Shown in pieces: positions 37,553 through 51,600 of a stretch of DNA of 64,000 nt (the stretch's first letter is position 1; each line of letters opens with the position of its first letter). A program made the position numbers and the translations under genes. The stretch is from Macrostomum lignano (Eukaryota). A model generated the notes under the pieces. It saw nothing but the letters and a program-made list of their open reading frames with translations, was not told the DNA's origin and searched no databases. The stretch spans positions 1-64,000 of the forward strand of contig NIVC01001101.1 in assembly GCA_002269645.1 (NCBI GenBank), written 5' to 3'.

Positions 37553-39770
37553 TGATGTAACCACGCTCTGGTCGCGGGATAGGGCATGGGAACTTTTTCG
37601 AAAGTGCCTCCTATCCCGTGTACCCTCTGCACAGAGCTGTCGAGACTCGGCCAGGTCTCCGCCCAGGCCTGGAGACTCCCGCTCTGCTGCCCCCCCTCCT
37701 ACTGCCTTGGTCCCGTCTCCCCTGCCGCCACACCTGCCTTTCCGGAGCCCCCTACCCCTTTCTGTACCTCCCCCTCTACCCTACCTCTTCTGTTTTCCGC
37801 CCTATTCTTCCTGTACTTCCCCTATCCCCCTCTTTTTGTCTCCCTCTGCACTCTTTTCCTGCGCTGCCCCCCCTCTTTCTCTGTGTCTACTTACAGTATG
37901 TTGTGTGCTCACCGTCTCCCCATCCCCTCTCAAACTCCCAAACGGTGACGCAAGCCGTGTGACCCCCCTCCCCCTCGGTGACTCATCGATGACTCATCCC
38001 CCTCTCTTGCGCAACCTTTTCTCACGCCATTGTTCTCCTCCCCAAATTTCTCATGCGACACCCACCCCACCTCCGCTTCTATTGTTCTCGTTTTTGCTTC
38101 TTTTGTTCTCTCGACCCCCACCAATTATCACATTTTCTCCGATTTTCTCTTTCTTTTGTTCTCGTTTTCGCACCTAATTATCACCTTTTCCCCAATGTTT
38201 ACTTTTCTATTGTTCTCAGTTCTCCCCAATTATCCCCGTTTTCCAATTCCTTTGTTCTCGACCCCAGCCCTATTGTTCTCAATGTTTGCTCGCGCAATAC
38301 TTTCGCGATCACCCGCTGCGCCAATTATCCCCCCACCCCACCTCCGGATTGCGCAATTTCCCGATTTCTCATGTTGCTATGCCGGTCTCATGCTTCTCAT
38401 CATGACTCATTCTGACGTCATTCTGCCGGCAGCCAATCAGAGAGAGGGAGCCATGGTAACGACCTTGAGGAGGCGGCTGTGAGGTCTATAAAAGGAAGCG
38501 ATTTCGGCATGAGAATCCAAAACTTCTGCCCACCTTCGGGCTCCTAGTCTTTCTTTAGACTTGCCGTCAGACTGAGTTCTGACCCATTCGTCTATTAGAC
38601 GAATCCCTGCCGGTCCGCGGTCTGTTACCGTCAAGTTATCCTTAGCTCCCCAAGTGAGCTCGCCTATCGGCCAGCGGTCTAATACCGCCCAGCATCATCA
38701 GCATCGCCTGATCTACATCAGCGCCTCGTCGCTCCAGCGCATCGCCGCTTCACCGTCTGCCTGATTGCAGCCTACAGCCGCCCTCGGTCACTCCGCCTCT
38801 CTCTCTCTCTGTGCAGCTGCCGGTAAGTTCCTGTTACTAATTTGTGCTCTAATTGCCTTTGCTTATCCGGGGTTTGCCTATTTTCCATTGTCTGAATAGA
38901 GAGCTGAGCCAATTGTGATACCGTATCTTTTGCTGTATTTTACTCAATAGTGAAGCCGCCTGATTGCCTGATCGTTCGCCTAAGGGCCTAATTATTAACT
39001 ATTAACTAACTTCATCATTATTCCATCTTTCACCATCATTTAACTCATGGCTTGCTAAGCCTTTCTCCCGGGGTGGCAAAGCATAAGGGAGTTTGGGTAA
39101 GCTAATGGCCTCTCCCCGTGCAAAGCCCGCCTGTGAGTGCGTGCTGCGGGGCCGCGTGTGCGTGCAGTAGAGGGATTAGCGAGTCTTGGCACAGAATGGC
39201 AGTAGGAAGGTTGCAACCCCATGCTGACGCGTCCCTTCACCCTGAGCAATCTAAACTAGAGACAGTACATGTTCGCCTCATACTACTCTTAGTAATCAAA
39301 GTCGCAAGTCAGCCTCGCTCACAGCCACAAAGGATCCCCTGCTGAGAAATCCTCCAGGATTGAGCCCAGAGTTCCCGATCATGCCCCAAGCAGAGTCCCT
39401 GTACTCGGCTGCATGCGTCTCCCCTGTTAGCCTAAATCCCCTGGTAACCAATCCAGGCGGGGCTCTAGCCTCGAGAGGTCTGGTAGAAAGATCTAGGTGC
39501 GCCAGGTCACATAGAGTGGTGGCAGCCACTCGGTCATACCATGACCGAGTGACCAACTATTGCACCTTGGCTACAGGTGGGGTCCATGTGGGTCCTTGGC
39601 CCTCTGGTCACGAAGCGCTACCAAAAGCTACTAATCATGTGGGCGGGACAGTCTGGTGCTGGAGGTCCGTCAGGTCGTTGCCCGGTCATAGGCAGCCTAC
39701 GGTCATTGCCCCCTCTAGTCATGCGTTCGTCTCTCTACGGAGCGGACAGGCGACAAGGGCGGTTACATCA
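37553..39770 (+). mobile_element. 2.2-kb solo LTR
   Basis: TGATGTAACC...GGTTACATCA termini, 4-bp TSD TTAA, empty site at 5616-5619. Internal TGACGTCA (38413), CCAAT (38433) and TATAAAA (38487). Confidence 0.8.
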
Positions 39771-39835
39771 TTAATATGTATATTGATTCATCGTCATATT
39801 CATATTGACCTTCGTCTTCATTTTCATCTTCGTCT

Positions 39836-41700
39836 TCATCTTGATCTTGATCTTCGTCTTCTTCTTCTTCTTCTTCTCCGTTTATCGCCTTGCGGCGTGG
39901 AGTGAACAGCGTCAGGCTTCACCGCAAGTGCGTTTGTGTCGCGCCATGTTTTTCGCCGATAACGTTCTTCCGCACTTGTCGCATTCTGCTGTCTTCCCTC
40001 GGTATTTTCTTGCTCTTCTCTTGTTCTCTTCTCTTGATCTTCGTCTTCATCTTGATCTTGATCTTCGTCTTCATCTTGATCTTGATCTTCGTCTTCATAT
40101 TCATCATCGTATTCAATGTCATCTCTGTTCACATATTCGATTCGCCAGGTTGTAACAATGACTCGATCATTCTCCACCTTTGCCACTTTGTACTGAACAC
40201 CTGCATCAGAGGGCAGGATGTACTGCGGAGTCTCGGATGTCGGCCACAGTGTGAGTGAAGGTGCGCACGGAACAAGTTGAAATTTTGCTGCAGAAGAGTT
40301 CTCCTCAGCCACGGCATAGGCCTCATCTTCTGTGTCTCTGCACAAGCCCTGCGTCTGGCATGGTCCCATACAGAATGACCTTGAGTTGATCAGCTTCTTA
40401 GTAATGATGCAGATAGTGAAAACATTCCACCTATCAGACAAGAACAGCATCTGATCTCTGACTGACATCTTGCTATCTTCTTTTGCAAGCTCACAACTGG
40501 GTATGGAAAAAGCCAGTTGAACCTTACCAGAGTCTTTCTCGACTCCTACAATGGCCAGATTTCTGTCTGGCTCTTTAATTAAAGCAAACAGCTTGTCGCA
40601 GTTTCCAGCAATGCAACACAGCTCTTTGGCGCCTTCGTGCAACTCGGTGATGCAGATTCTTGACTTGAGAGCTCCGCTGAGGTCGGTCACTGTCACCGCT
40701 GTATCCTGAGCGATAAACAGCAGCTGTCGCTCATTGTCGCAGTGGAGATCTCGGATCGGCTGATCGGCCTCCCAGCTGCACGTCAGGCGTCCAACTTCTT
40801 TTGCATCATCGGAGAGCAGCAAAATTTTAAAGGCCATGTCTTTCGGGCTTGAACGGCTTTTATCTATTGTCTCTGAGCAGGGTTGCTTCCCTTGATCAGC
40901 TTCAGGTTGAACAGCTACAAAGATACTCGGTTGTGGCAGACAGTCATTGCAATCCTCAGTAGCCTTCTCAATTACACCTAACTCGCCAACGACAAAACCA
41001 GTGGTGTTGCTGCACACTGTGAGACATACCGATCTCGCTAGAATCTCTGCCTCGCTTTTGCTCTCTTCAACTCGAAGTACAATTTCATCATCAGTCTGAA
41101 TGGACTCGGCAGCAGCACCAAACTGCTCAACGAGTTTTCTGAGTAAAACCAACTCAGCTCTCAGTCCGGTCTTAAGACCTCTTATTCTCGAGTTCAAATC
41201 CGGGTAAGCTGCGATTTCGACTGTCTGACTTTCCTGATCCAATCTCACCAGATTCGAGTCCAGCTGCAATGTCTTAAGCGATCCCTCCATGCTCCTGTTG
41301 ATGAGGAAGGCCTGCCTCGTGTTTTGTCATCCTTGGCTCTCTTTAGCTTTTTTTCGAAGTCGTCCAGCTCTGAGACACTTGACAGATGGTCCATGAGCTG
41401 GTCATGCTGTTTGGTAACGACAGCAACGAGCTCACTTTGACACCTGTCCAATGTCTCTCTCAGGTCGGTAAAGGTGTCATCGAGCAGCTGCAGGTCGGAT
41501 GTGAGTCTCTGCTGCATCAGTCTCATAGGCTCCTGGTACTTCTTAAAGCGCTGCACTTTGTGGGCTACTCTGGCTTGAGCCTCGTCTACTTCGATGAAGT
41601 CTTGCTGCATGTGCAGGTCGCAGAGAGGCTGGCAGGTTACAGGCGACTCACCAACAGCGGGACTGCGGCAGAGGCGCATTGAACAAGGAGCGGGTTGCAT
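39836..41700 (-). pseudogene. RING-less TRIM-like paralog C (1-nt frameshift near 41322; RTE-derived C-terminus)
   Basis: ATG at 41700. ORFs 41245..41745 and 39836..41290 join if one T is restored in a T run (4 T here, 5 in paralogs A and B). Could be an assembly error in an intact gene. Confidence 0.78.
39857..40031 (-). mobile_element. 3'-terminal ~175 bp of the same RTE family, with (GAA)n tail
   Basis: Matches 5668-5840 with about 2 substitutions. Confidence 0.92.
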
Positions 41701-43599
41701 GATTGCTGATTTTCTGCTGGTGGGCGCTTTGTGTACGAACTGCACTAGTGCGTTGAAGCTTTGCTCTTTGAAACTTATGTGCTCTCTCTGCAGAGAGTGT
41801 ATTTAGAGGCTAGCGCGTATATTCGGATTGGGAGAGTACTTTACAATACTAAATGGAAAGCAGGCATTTTAATACTAATACATGTACGTAGCTTTGCTAA
41901 CCCCAAGGAAAGAAATTACTTAGACAACGGGACTTAAGAAACCTAACTCGTCAATGACAGGATTTAGACTGAACAATAATACAAGTAGGCAAAAATTTTC
42001 CAAACTGAAGGGCTTGCTTTATTGATTCATTCTTCTACTGAACTGTGCATACATTTTATTTTCCATAAAACTTACTCCTCCACACGAGGCAGTGCTGTTT
42101 GATTCGATGATCGATCTGAGAGGGATTGATTGAAGGGGATAAAAATTCATGCCATTTATTGTGGGAATTAGGTGTAGTGAAAGCTATAGCCATAGGGAAG
42201 TAAAGGAATTATGCAGGTCTGGGTTATTCAAGATACGGACGCAATGAGAAGGCCATGCGTTCGAGGAAAAAAAACATAAAACAATTATCCAAGGAATATT
42301 TGTTGTTTCTTTTCTTCCAGAGAACTCTATAAATTCCCACCTCTGACATGCTGTGTGGCATCTCTGTCAGTTACTTTTGCCATGCCGTTTTTAGGCTGTT
42401 GGACCTGCTTCTATCCTGCGCACATAATCCCCAGCAGTGCATTGGTACTCGCGATATATTAGCAATCGTAGTAATACATAGAAATCTTTTATACCACTTA
42501 TTGTAACGGTACATCCTGTAAGCGTTTCTTTGTCCTTGTTTAGGATAAGGGTCAGGATTCAACCATAAAATTTTCATGGGGAATTCCCTAGATGTCAAAG
42601 GCTCGTTGGGGGGATTTCTGAGATGTCAGAGCTCACGAGTGAAATGCTGAAATTCTTTGGCTCAGAGGGAATTTCTAAGATGTCAGGGCTCATGGGGGAA
42701 TCACTGAAATAATTGAGCTCGTTGGTGTTGTGTATTGCATTGTGTACTCGTATCGATGTGTCGGGTGATTTGGTTTTACTGAGAGCTCAATCCATCCATT
42801 CAATAATGCTAAAATGCTTCATTTATCCGCACTAGCTTTGTGTACGTTCTACAATGTACATCGCTCGCTTAGTTAAATATATAAGTCGGGGCTGGGCCGT
42901 TTGAACCATGAGTGTTCTTGACTAGCCTTGCACACTGACTCTTGTCTACAATTCAACATGGCATTGCAAGCATAAAAGTACTTTCTATTTTCTAGCTCGT
43001 ACTACCAAAGAAATGGAAGGACTGGGGCCTCCAGAGCCGATGGTTTTCGACACCAATTGAGCAAAAAATTGGAGAAGATGGAGCAAAGCGATGGAATTTT
43101 ATATGAAGGCTACGAAAAAGACAGACGAAAGCGAAGAGGTTAAGATCGCAATACTGCTAACAGCACTTGGAGCAGAAGGCCAAGAAGTGTATTCAACATT
43201 TCCCGCAGAGAAGGTGAATACTTACGACGACGTAATCACGCAATTCAAGGACTACTGCGAGCCGCTTTGCAACGAAACTTTAGATCGCTACCTGTTGAGA
43301 ACCAGAACTCAGGCTGAGTCGGAGGACTTCGATCAGTTCGTAGCCTCCCTTCGACAGCTCGTTACTAGGTGGAATTACGGAACACCGACCAACGGCGAGA
43401 GTGTCATTCGCGACCAAATTGTTATAGGAGTCACCGATCCGGCACTGAAAGAGAGACTTCTGAGAGAGACGAACCGGACTCTCAACCGCGCTATTCGAAT
43501 GGGTAGGGCTTCAGAGACGTCGAAGCGACAGGCGAGTTCTCTGGCCATAGCTCACAGCAGCCGAGCACCCCCTCCTGCGTCTGTTGACCTTACACACCC

Positions 43600-46078
43600 T
43601 AACGGACCCTAACGGATCCTCTTTCCAGCTGGGTGCCCTCAAGCTCAAGATGCGCCGAGGAAAGTCTGCCAAAGAGAAGGCTTCTGCCAACCCCGGCATC
43701 TCCGGCAAGAGCGGGGCGCAGTCTAAGGCCCAAGGAAAGGCGCAAGCCGATCCCAAAGCCGGAGCTGCGTCTCGCCCCTCTGCTGGCAGCAATTCGGCGA
43801 CCGCGGTTACGGCTCCGGCCAAGCCCCGGGAACCGAACCTGCCAGCCGGAGAAGGAGTTGAGGACGAGGCCGGGTCCTCGGAATTCGAGCTCTCCTCGGC
43901 CACCTTGGTGGGGTCTGAAGGCAAAGATGCAGATGATCCATCCTGTCATCGGAGCCCGAGGACTCTGCTGGGGGGCTGGTGGGGGTGAGGAGGCCATGGA
44001 CGTCGACCAACTCCCATCTCCCAGTCAAGCCCCAGCGGCCTGGGACGAGGACGATTTGCTGTCCAAGTCTCCTTGATGGCCCTGGTTTCTAGCCAGCTAT
44101 TGCATTTAATACAGTATGACTAAGCTCCACGCTGCCAAAGGAGCGACATTCTGTCTGCAAATAAATTTACAGCATTGCGTATCTGCGTCAGTAAATCTGA
44201 TGAAGATTGCTGAGCTGTACAGGCCAGGCCTCATCCTGATCCAGGAACCCTGGATGCGCAACGGTAAGTTGCCCAGCATCCGTTCTACTGGTAGCTAATC
44301 TGATTTTTATGTGTGTGGCTCGGGGAACAGCCGCCCTAGAGCGGCTATCCTCGCTGCCAGCCATCTCCAGGCTTGGCTGAGGACTGATCTCTCAGATTGA
44401 GACCTCTGTGTCATCCAATCTAATCAACTCTTATCGCGGTCGTGTCTCGTTGCTTCGATTTATATTCCAGGCGACAGAGACCCTGCACCAGAGAGTCTAC
44501 TGCGCCTTGCGCAGTACTGCGAGTCCCAGAACGCTGAGCTGTCCTTAGGGGGCGACCTCAACGCACACCATAAGCACTGGGGCAGCAAAGACACCAATAC
44601 TAGAGGGGAGGAGCTTCTGGCCCTCATCTCTAACACAATCCTCATGCTCTGCAACCGTGGTTGCACTCCCACCTTTAACAATGGCAGATGGACTGAGGTC
44701 CTCGATGCCACACTTGTTACCCCAAGACTCTTTGACAGAGTTGAGGAGTGGAGAGTCTGGTCTGAGGAGCCCTCCCTATCTGACCACGGCTTTATCGCCT
44801 TTAACATCGCGGACACTAAACCCGAGTCCTCGATCACTTGGAGGCGTAACATCCGCAACACTGATTGGGCAGCCTATAAGGCTACCCTTGATCTGCACCT
44901 GCAGAAACTCACGGACTTACGTCCGATTGAGACCTGCGAGGATGTGGACCATGCGGCTGAAACGCTGACAGGTTGCATTATTGCAGCCTATGAAGCGGCC
45001 TGCCCTGTCCGTGCCTACAAAGGCTAGACCTCGGCGCCGTGGTGGAATCCGGAGCTGGGGAAACTCAGACGGAAGCCAAAAGCCTTCACCGCCGTGCCAT
45101 GAAGACCGGAAACCAGGAGGACATGGAGCTTTTCCGGCAAGCTTCCCGCAACTTCAAATCTGAAGTTCGCAAGGCCAAGGAATTTGAATGGTATATATTT
45201 CCCATTTATTTTGTTGTGTTGCGTCACGGCCTTTAGGCCAATTAGCTTAACGTCAGCAATGCTTAAGCTAACTGAGAGGCTTATTCTCTGGCGGCTGCTC
45301 TCATGCGAGCTGACAGCAATGCCCCTCAGCAATAATCAGCACGCCTTCCGCACCGGGAGGTCGACTGACAGCGCCCTGCATGCGATAGTCGAGAAGATTG
45401 AACGGGCGGTACTGGGTTACGGTTACGCCCTGGCCCTTTTCTAGACATTGTTGGCGCCTTCGACAGCGTTATCTTTGAAGCGTTTCAGAGGGCCCTTCAA
45501 AACCGCAAAGCTTTGAAACGCCGCGGCGTTTACTTGATGCCGGTGTCAAATTCCTTTACATGAGGGCACCTGCTAAGCGGAACCTCGTCCCGCATAGCAA
45601 CCTGTGCCTCAACATTCTCAACGAGTGTCACGCCAATCGCGTCTTCACCGATGGCATTGCCTCAACGCTCAACCTGAGACAACGCTACTCCGTAGCTATC
45701 GACTCGCGCGATACCATCAATGACCACTGGAACCCTGGTGAGCTTCATTGCTACACCGACGGTTCTAAGCAGTCCACCAACAAAATCACCCTTAAGTGGG
45801 TTCCGGGGCATATGGGGATCCAAGGAAATGAGTTGGCTGACACCCTTGCAAAAGTTGGCGCCTTCGGCTCCTCTCTCGGTCCCGAACCCCTTGTCCCAAT
45901 TTCTGGCTGTGTCATCGACTCGCGCATCAAAGCGTGATTCAGGACCCAGCACCGCTCGATTTGGGCGAACTGCACTACCTGCAGGCAATCCAGAGGCGCT
46001 GTCCCTCAGCCCTCTCACCAGCTCCGGAAGCTCCTCTTGCGCCTCTCGCGCAGAGACATCCGGGCTGCCAGGATCCGA
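43600..46078 (+). mobile_element. Internally deleted LOA/Lian-like LINE nested in the Gypsy element
   Basis: APE endonuclease QINLQH, LIQEPW, GDLNAHH, TPTF, SDH; RT FRPISLTS and QHAFRTGRST; RNase H CYTDGS and WVPGHMGIQGNELAD. Confidence 0.85.
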
Positions 46079-47967
46079 CATATCTGAATCAGTTCATTGA
46101 GCGCGAGTATCACCCAATCCCAACAGCTGAGGAGGTCCGCATGGCAACTGCTGGAGCCGCTGTATTTAACGCATTCGACGCAAACGAGAGCTTTCACCAG
46201 CTTAAGCTAGATGATAAGAGTTCGTTTCTTACCACTTTCCACACTCCGTTTGGTCGATACAGGTGGAAGCGTGTGCCGTATGGCCTAGCTTCGATCCCAG
46301 AAGTGTTTCAGAAACGCATGGAAAAAAAATGTTACCAGCCATGTGGAAAACGCAAGAAACTTCTTCGATGATATCATTGTGTGGGGACGCACGATCGAGT
46401 AGCACGATACGGCGGTGCGCCAGCTAATGGAGCAGTGCAAGCGTGCAAAAGTGACGCTGAATCCCAGCAAGGTGAAAGTTGGAGTCCCAGAGCTAAACTA
46501 TCTAGGGGACATTCTCGGACCAGATGGACTGAGGGCTGATCCACAGAAGGTTAAAGCGATCAAAGAGATGGCAAGACCCGACTCCCTTGAAGGCGTGACA
46601 GCAAAGAAAGAACAGCTGAGGCGGTTTCTTGGCTGCGTCACTTACTTGGCCAGATTCTGCCCACACGTGTCTGCCACTGCAGAGCCACTGAGACACCTGC
46701 TCAAGAAAGAGGTTATATGGAGCTGGTTGGATCAACACGACCAAGCGTATGGTAAGATCGTCGCGGAACTATGCTCAAGCCGAGTGTTAGCCACGTTCGA
46801 CACCAACAAGCCTGTCACAGTCTCAGTTGACGCAAGCAAGAGTGGCATCGGCGCAGTGCTGCTTCAAGAGGATCGCCCCGTCGAATACGCGTCCTCGGCT
46901 ATGACAAGTGCTCAGCGCGCGTGCTCAGCGTGCTCAACGCGCAGATTAAGAAAGAGCTTTTGGCCATCGTCTATGGTTGCAAAAAAATCCATCGTTATAT
47001 CTGGGGTCGTATGGTGCAAGTGCAAAGCGATCACAAGCCACTTGAATCGATCTTTAATAAGGCTTTGTGCGACACGACTCCTCAAATTCAGCGACCCCTG
47101 CTTCAGTTGCAACCGTATGACATCCGCGTAAAGTACACGCCCGGCAAAAACCTTTATGTAGCCGACACTTTAAGTCGAGCTCACGGTGCAGCTGATCTTC
47201 TCACTATTCAGCTTGAGACAGCGCTTGACGGCCAAGTTTTATCGGTGGAACGCTGCTTTAGTGGTGATCGAGAAATCTTGCAGATGATAAAGACTGCGAC
47301 AGTAGAAGATGGGACTAGTGAGCGGTTGCGAACTGTCATCCAGGAGGGTTGGCCAGAGCATCGGTCGAAGTTGTCAGATGATCTGAAGCCTTTTTGGGAT
47401 ATCCGAAATGACTTGACGTATGCCTCTGGTCTTCAATGCCTGAAGGACCGTATCTATGTCCCAAACGGCCACGCCCGGAAATCAGTGCTCAAAATTCTAC
47501 ATGCGGGGCACCCTGGCATCGTGAAAATGGACTTTAAGGCCAAGGACTATTTCTACTGGCCAGGAATGCGGAAGAGCGTAGAGCAGGTCGTTAGTGAATG
47601 CGAGTCGTGCCAGCGCAATATGAGGACTCAGTCCAAAGAAACGCTGATGTCTGTGAATATGCCGGATCCAAAGCTTCGCTGTGACCTGCCAGACTGTCAA
47701 GGACTTGCGACCAAGGAAATTCATCTTCACTCCTGCATTGAGGCTTTTGAAAAAGAGCGCGTTAGAGCAGCGCAGCTGTACAATCGCGAAGCTCAGCTGC
47801 GAGTGGGTGGCCGCTGAGATTGATAGCGAGTGCGAGAACTCCCCAGTGTCGTACTGGGTTTTAACTGAGACTGGAAAGTTGCTCAGACGGAACCGTCGCT
47901 TCATCAGGCCTCGGAAGATTGGTGTGACAGTCGGTGAATTCCAACAGAGCAGCGAAAAGGACGAGCA

Positions 47968-48110
47968 GGGAGCCGGCCTCCGTGCAGCCGGCCTCCGTAC
48001 AGCCGGCCTCCGTGCAGCCGGCCTCCGTGCAGCCGGCCTCCGTGCAGCCGGCCTCCGTGCAGCCGGCCTCCGTACAGCCGGCCTCCGTGCAGCCGGCCTC
48101 CGTGCAGCAT
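47968..48110. repeat. 15-bp tandem repeat (GCAGCCGGCCTCCGT) x~9
   Basis: Direct array in the Gypsy 3' region. Confidence 0.92.
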
Positions 48111-48679
48111 GCCGCCGTGCAGCGAGATGGGCCGTATCGGACTATGCGTAAGCCGAGCTGTTAAGAATCCAGAGTATTACCAGGCAGCCCAAGTACTGCA
48201 ATTTGCTAGTGACTGTCACTTAATGTAGCAGTTATTCTTGACCTTAACTTTTTAAGCATCTAAAAACCAGCTTGTAGCATTCGACCATAATATTGCATTA
48301 CTTTCTGTGTTCATCTAATATCTCGGATTGCATGACGTACTGACCTTATAAAAAATATGATTTTTGCTTTTATCCTTTTCAAAACTGTTCAATCTTGCGT
48401 TTTTAATACCTTCATCGGAGATACAATTTCGCACCAATGTTATTTCGTTTAAATCGTTTCCGAACTAATAACTTTTGTAAGGGAGATGTTGTGTATTGCA
48501 TTGTTCTATGGCCCACCCGAGTCTAAATAATTGTCCAAAAAACGCCATTATTTCAGGCTTCCAAAGCGAATTTCAACCATAGACAAAACTTGCTGAATAA
48601 TCAGTTAACAGTTTATTTAACAAAAGTGACGATAGATACACTAGGCAATTGAAAATGGCACAAATAGATATGAAACTAG

Positions 48680-51600
48680 CCAATTCCAACCCCCGTTGGG
48701 GCTTTCCGTCAGAACTCCTACCAAAGTTTTCCCACGCAAAAGAAATTCACCCAACTCAACCCCCCATCTAAAGAATCTCTAATCCATAAAGTCCCTGATG
48801 CAAATAATCTCACATGCAAAAAACCCTCATCCAAAGAATCCCATACAAAGAACCCCCCATCGACAGAATCCCCGATCCGAAGAATTCCCCATTCAAGGAA
48901 TCCTCTATCTGTAGAATTCCCTATTTAATGAGTCGCCCATCCATAGAATCTGACATGCAAAGAATACCAATCCTTCCCGTCCCATCCCATCCCATCCCAT
49001 TGATAGAATCCCCGATCCGAAGAATGAATCCTCCCATCTGAAGAATTCCCCGTCCAATGAATCCCTTATTACAGAAATAAGTCCGTTGGGGCTTTCCGTC
49101 CAAACTCCAATCACAGTTTTCCCTATCCACAAAATCTCCGATGCAAAAAATCTCACATGCAAAGAATCCTTTATCCAAAGAACCCCCATCGATTGAATCA
49201 CCGATCCGAAGAATTCCCCTTTCAAGGAATCCTCCCATCTGAAGAATTCCCCATCCAATGAATCCCCTACTCAATAAATCCTCATCCACAGAATTCCCAT
49301 CCAAAGAATCCTCCATCCATCCATATCCAAAGAATCCACCCAAATAATTCATATCATAATCCCCATCCACAAAATCCCCATCCAAAGAATCCAAAGAATC
49401 TCCCATCCAAATAATCCTCCTATCAATAGAATTCTTGGCCAAAGAATTTCCTCATCTAAAGAACCCCGTCCAAATAATCCCCATACAAAGAATCCAAAGA
49501 ATCTCCCATCCAAATAATTCCCCTATCAATAGAATTCTTGGCCAAAGAATCCCCTCATCTAAAAAACCCCCGTCCAAATATCCCCCATCAAAAGAATCCT
49601 TTATCTAAAGAATCCCCCGATTCAAAAAATCCTCCATCGAAACAATGCCCCATCGAAGGAATTCCTCAATGAATCAAAGATATACATTAAAAGCATCCCT
49701 CATCCAAAGAATCATCAATCCATAGAATTTCCCCCGAGGCTTAACATCTCAGCCGTTCCCCAAGCCTCGACACCTCAGAAATTTCCCCAAGCATTGACAT
49801 CTCAGCAATTCCGGCGCAAGCCTTGACATCTTACCAATTTCTCCCCGTCCAAAGCCTTGACTTCTCAGTAATTCCCCTCCCCAAGCCTTGACATATCAGT
49901 AATTCCCCCAGTAAGCCTTCATATCTCAGTAATTCCTCCAGTAAGTCTTGACATCTTAGCAATTTCTCCCCGTCCAAAGCATTGGCATCTCAGCGATTTC
50001 CCTCCCAAAGTCTTGACACCTCAGCAATTCCTTCTTAAGCCTTCACATCTCAGCAATCCCCCAAGCCTTGACATCTCAGAAATTCCCCAAGCCTTGACAT
50101 CTGAGTAATTCTCCTTCCCAAGACTTGACATCTCAGGAACTCCCTCTGAGCCTTGATTCCCCACAAGCTTTGACATCTGAGCAAGTCCCTCTTAAGCCTT
50201 GGCATCTCAGCAATTCCCCGACGGCGACAAGATTAGACATCTCAGCAATTTACCCCTAAGACTTGACATCTCAGCAGTTTACCCCTAAGACTTGACATCT
50301 CAGCAGTTTACCCCTAAGACTTGACATCTCAGCAGTTTACCCCTAAGACTTGACATCTCAGCAGTTTACCCCTAAGACTTGACATCTCAGCAGTTTACCC
50401 CTAAGACTTGACATCTCAGCAGTTTACCCCTTAGACTTGACATCTCAGCAGTTTACCCCTTAGACTTGACATCTCAGCAGTTTACCCCTAAGACTTGACA
50501 TCTCAGCAGTTTACCCCTAAGACTTGACATCTCAGCAGTTTACCCCTAAGACTTGACATCTCAGCAGTTTACCCCTAAGACTTGACATCTCAGCAGTTTA
50601 CCCCTTAGACTTGACATCTCAGCAGTTTACCCCTTAGACTTGACATCTCAGCAGTTTACCCCTTAGACTTGACATCTCAGCAGTTTACCCCTAAGACTTG
50701 AAATCTCAGCAATTCCCCTCACAAGCCTTGGCATCTCAGCAAGTCTCTCTTAAGGTAAGATTTTATACATGTATCTCAATAATTCCCCTGTAAATCTTGA
50801 CATCTTAGAATTTTATTCCGAGCAAGCATCCCCAAGAGAAAACGTCCTTCTGATAGCAATCATCCCTTGATAGAAAGTACCCCAGCAAGATTAGTGAAAC
50901 AATTTCCTCAGCTAGCCAATTCCAACCCCCGTTTGGGCTTTTCGTCCAAACTCCAACCACAGTTTTCTTACACAATAAAATTTAACCCAACTGAATCTCC
51001 CATCCAAAGAATCCACGATACAAAGAATCTCACATGCAAAGAATACCCCATCCAAAAAACCTCCCATTTATAGAAACCCCTATCCGAAGACTCATCTAAA
51101 GAATCCCCGTCCAAACAATGCCATATCCAAAAGGATCCCTTTATCGAATGAATCATTCATCTAAAGAACCCCCCATTCAAAGAACCCTCCATCGAAAGAA
51201 TCCCCCATCGAAGGAATTTCCCAATGAATCACCTATCTAAAGATATCCATTAGAAGCAGCCCTTGTGGAAAGAATCTCCAATCCATAGAATCCCCCCCAA
51301 GAATTGACATCTCAACAATTTCCCCCAAGCTTGACACCTCAGTAATTCTCTCTTAAGCTTTGTTATCTCAGCAATTCGCTCTCAAGACTTGAAATTTCAG
51401 GAACCCCCCAAGACTTGACGTCTCATAAATTTTCCCCAAGCCTTGACATCTCAGCAGTCCTCCAAGTAAGCCTTTATATCTCGGTGATTCCTCCAGTAAG
51501 TTTTGACATCTTAGCAATTTCTCCCCATCCAAAGCCTTGCTATCTCAGCGATACCTCCCCAAGCCTTCACATCTCAGTAATTCCCTGCGTAAGCCTTTAT

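Larger units (their letters stand above)
42726..48504 (+). mobile_element. Degraded Gypsy element with 5' LTR (42726-42958) and the first 18 bp of the 3' LTR (from 48487)
   Basis: TGTTGTGTATTGCATTG at both ends and a purine tract AAGGGAGA before 48487. Gag KIAILLTALG; RT YHPIPT, GRYRWKRVPYG, FFDD; RNase H VDAS, ELLAI, SDHKPL; integrase Zn domain HAGHPG..YWPGM..CESC. Integrase core deleted. Confidence 0.87.

Noticed and set aside
50230-50715. CRISPR-like 29-bp repeats (also the 21-bp arrays)
   Set aside because: The units are contiguous with no unique spacers, there are no cas genes, and the context is eukaryotic.
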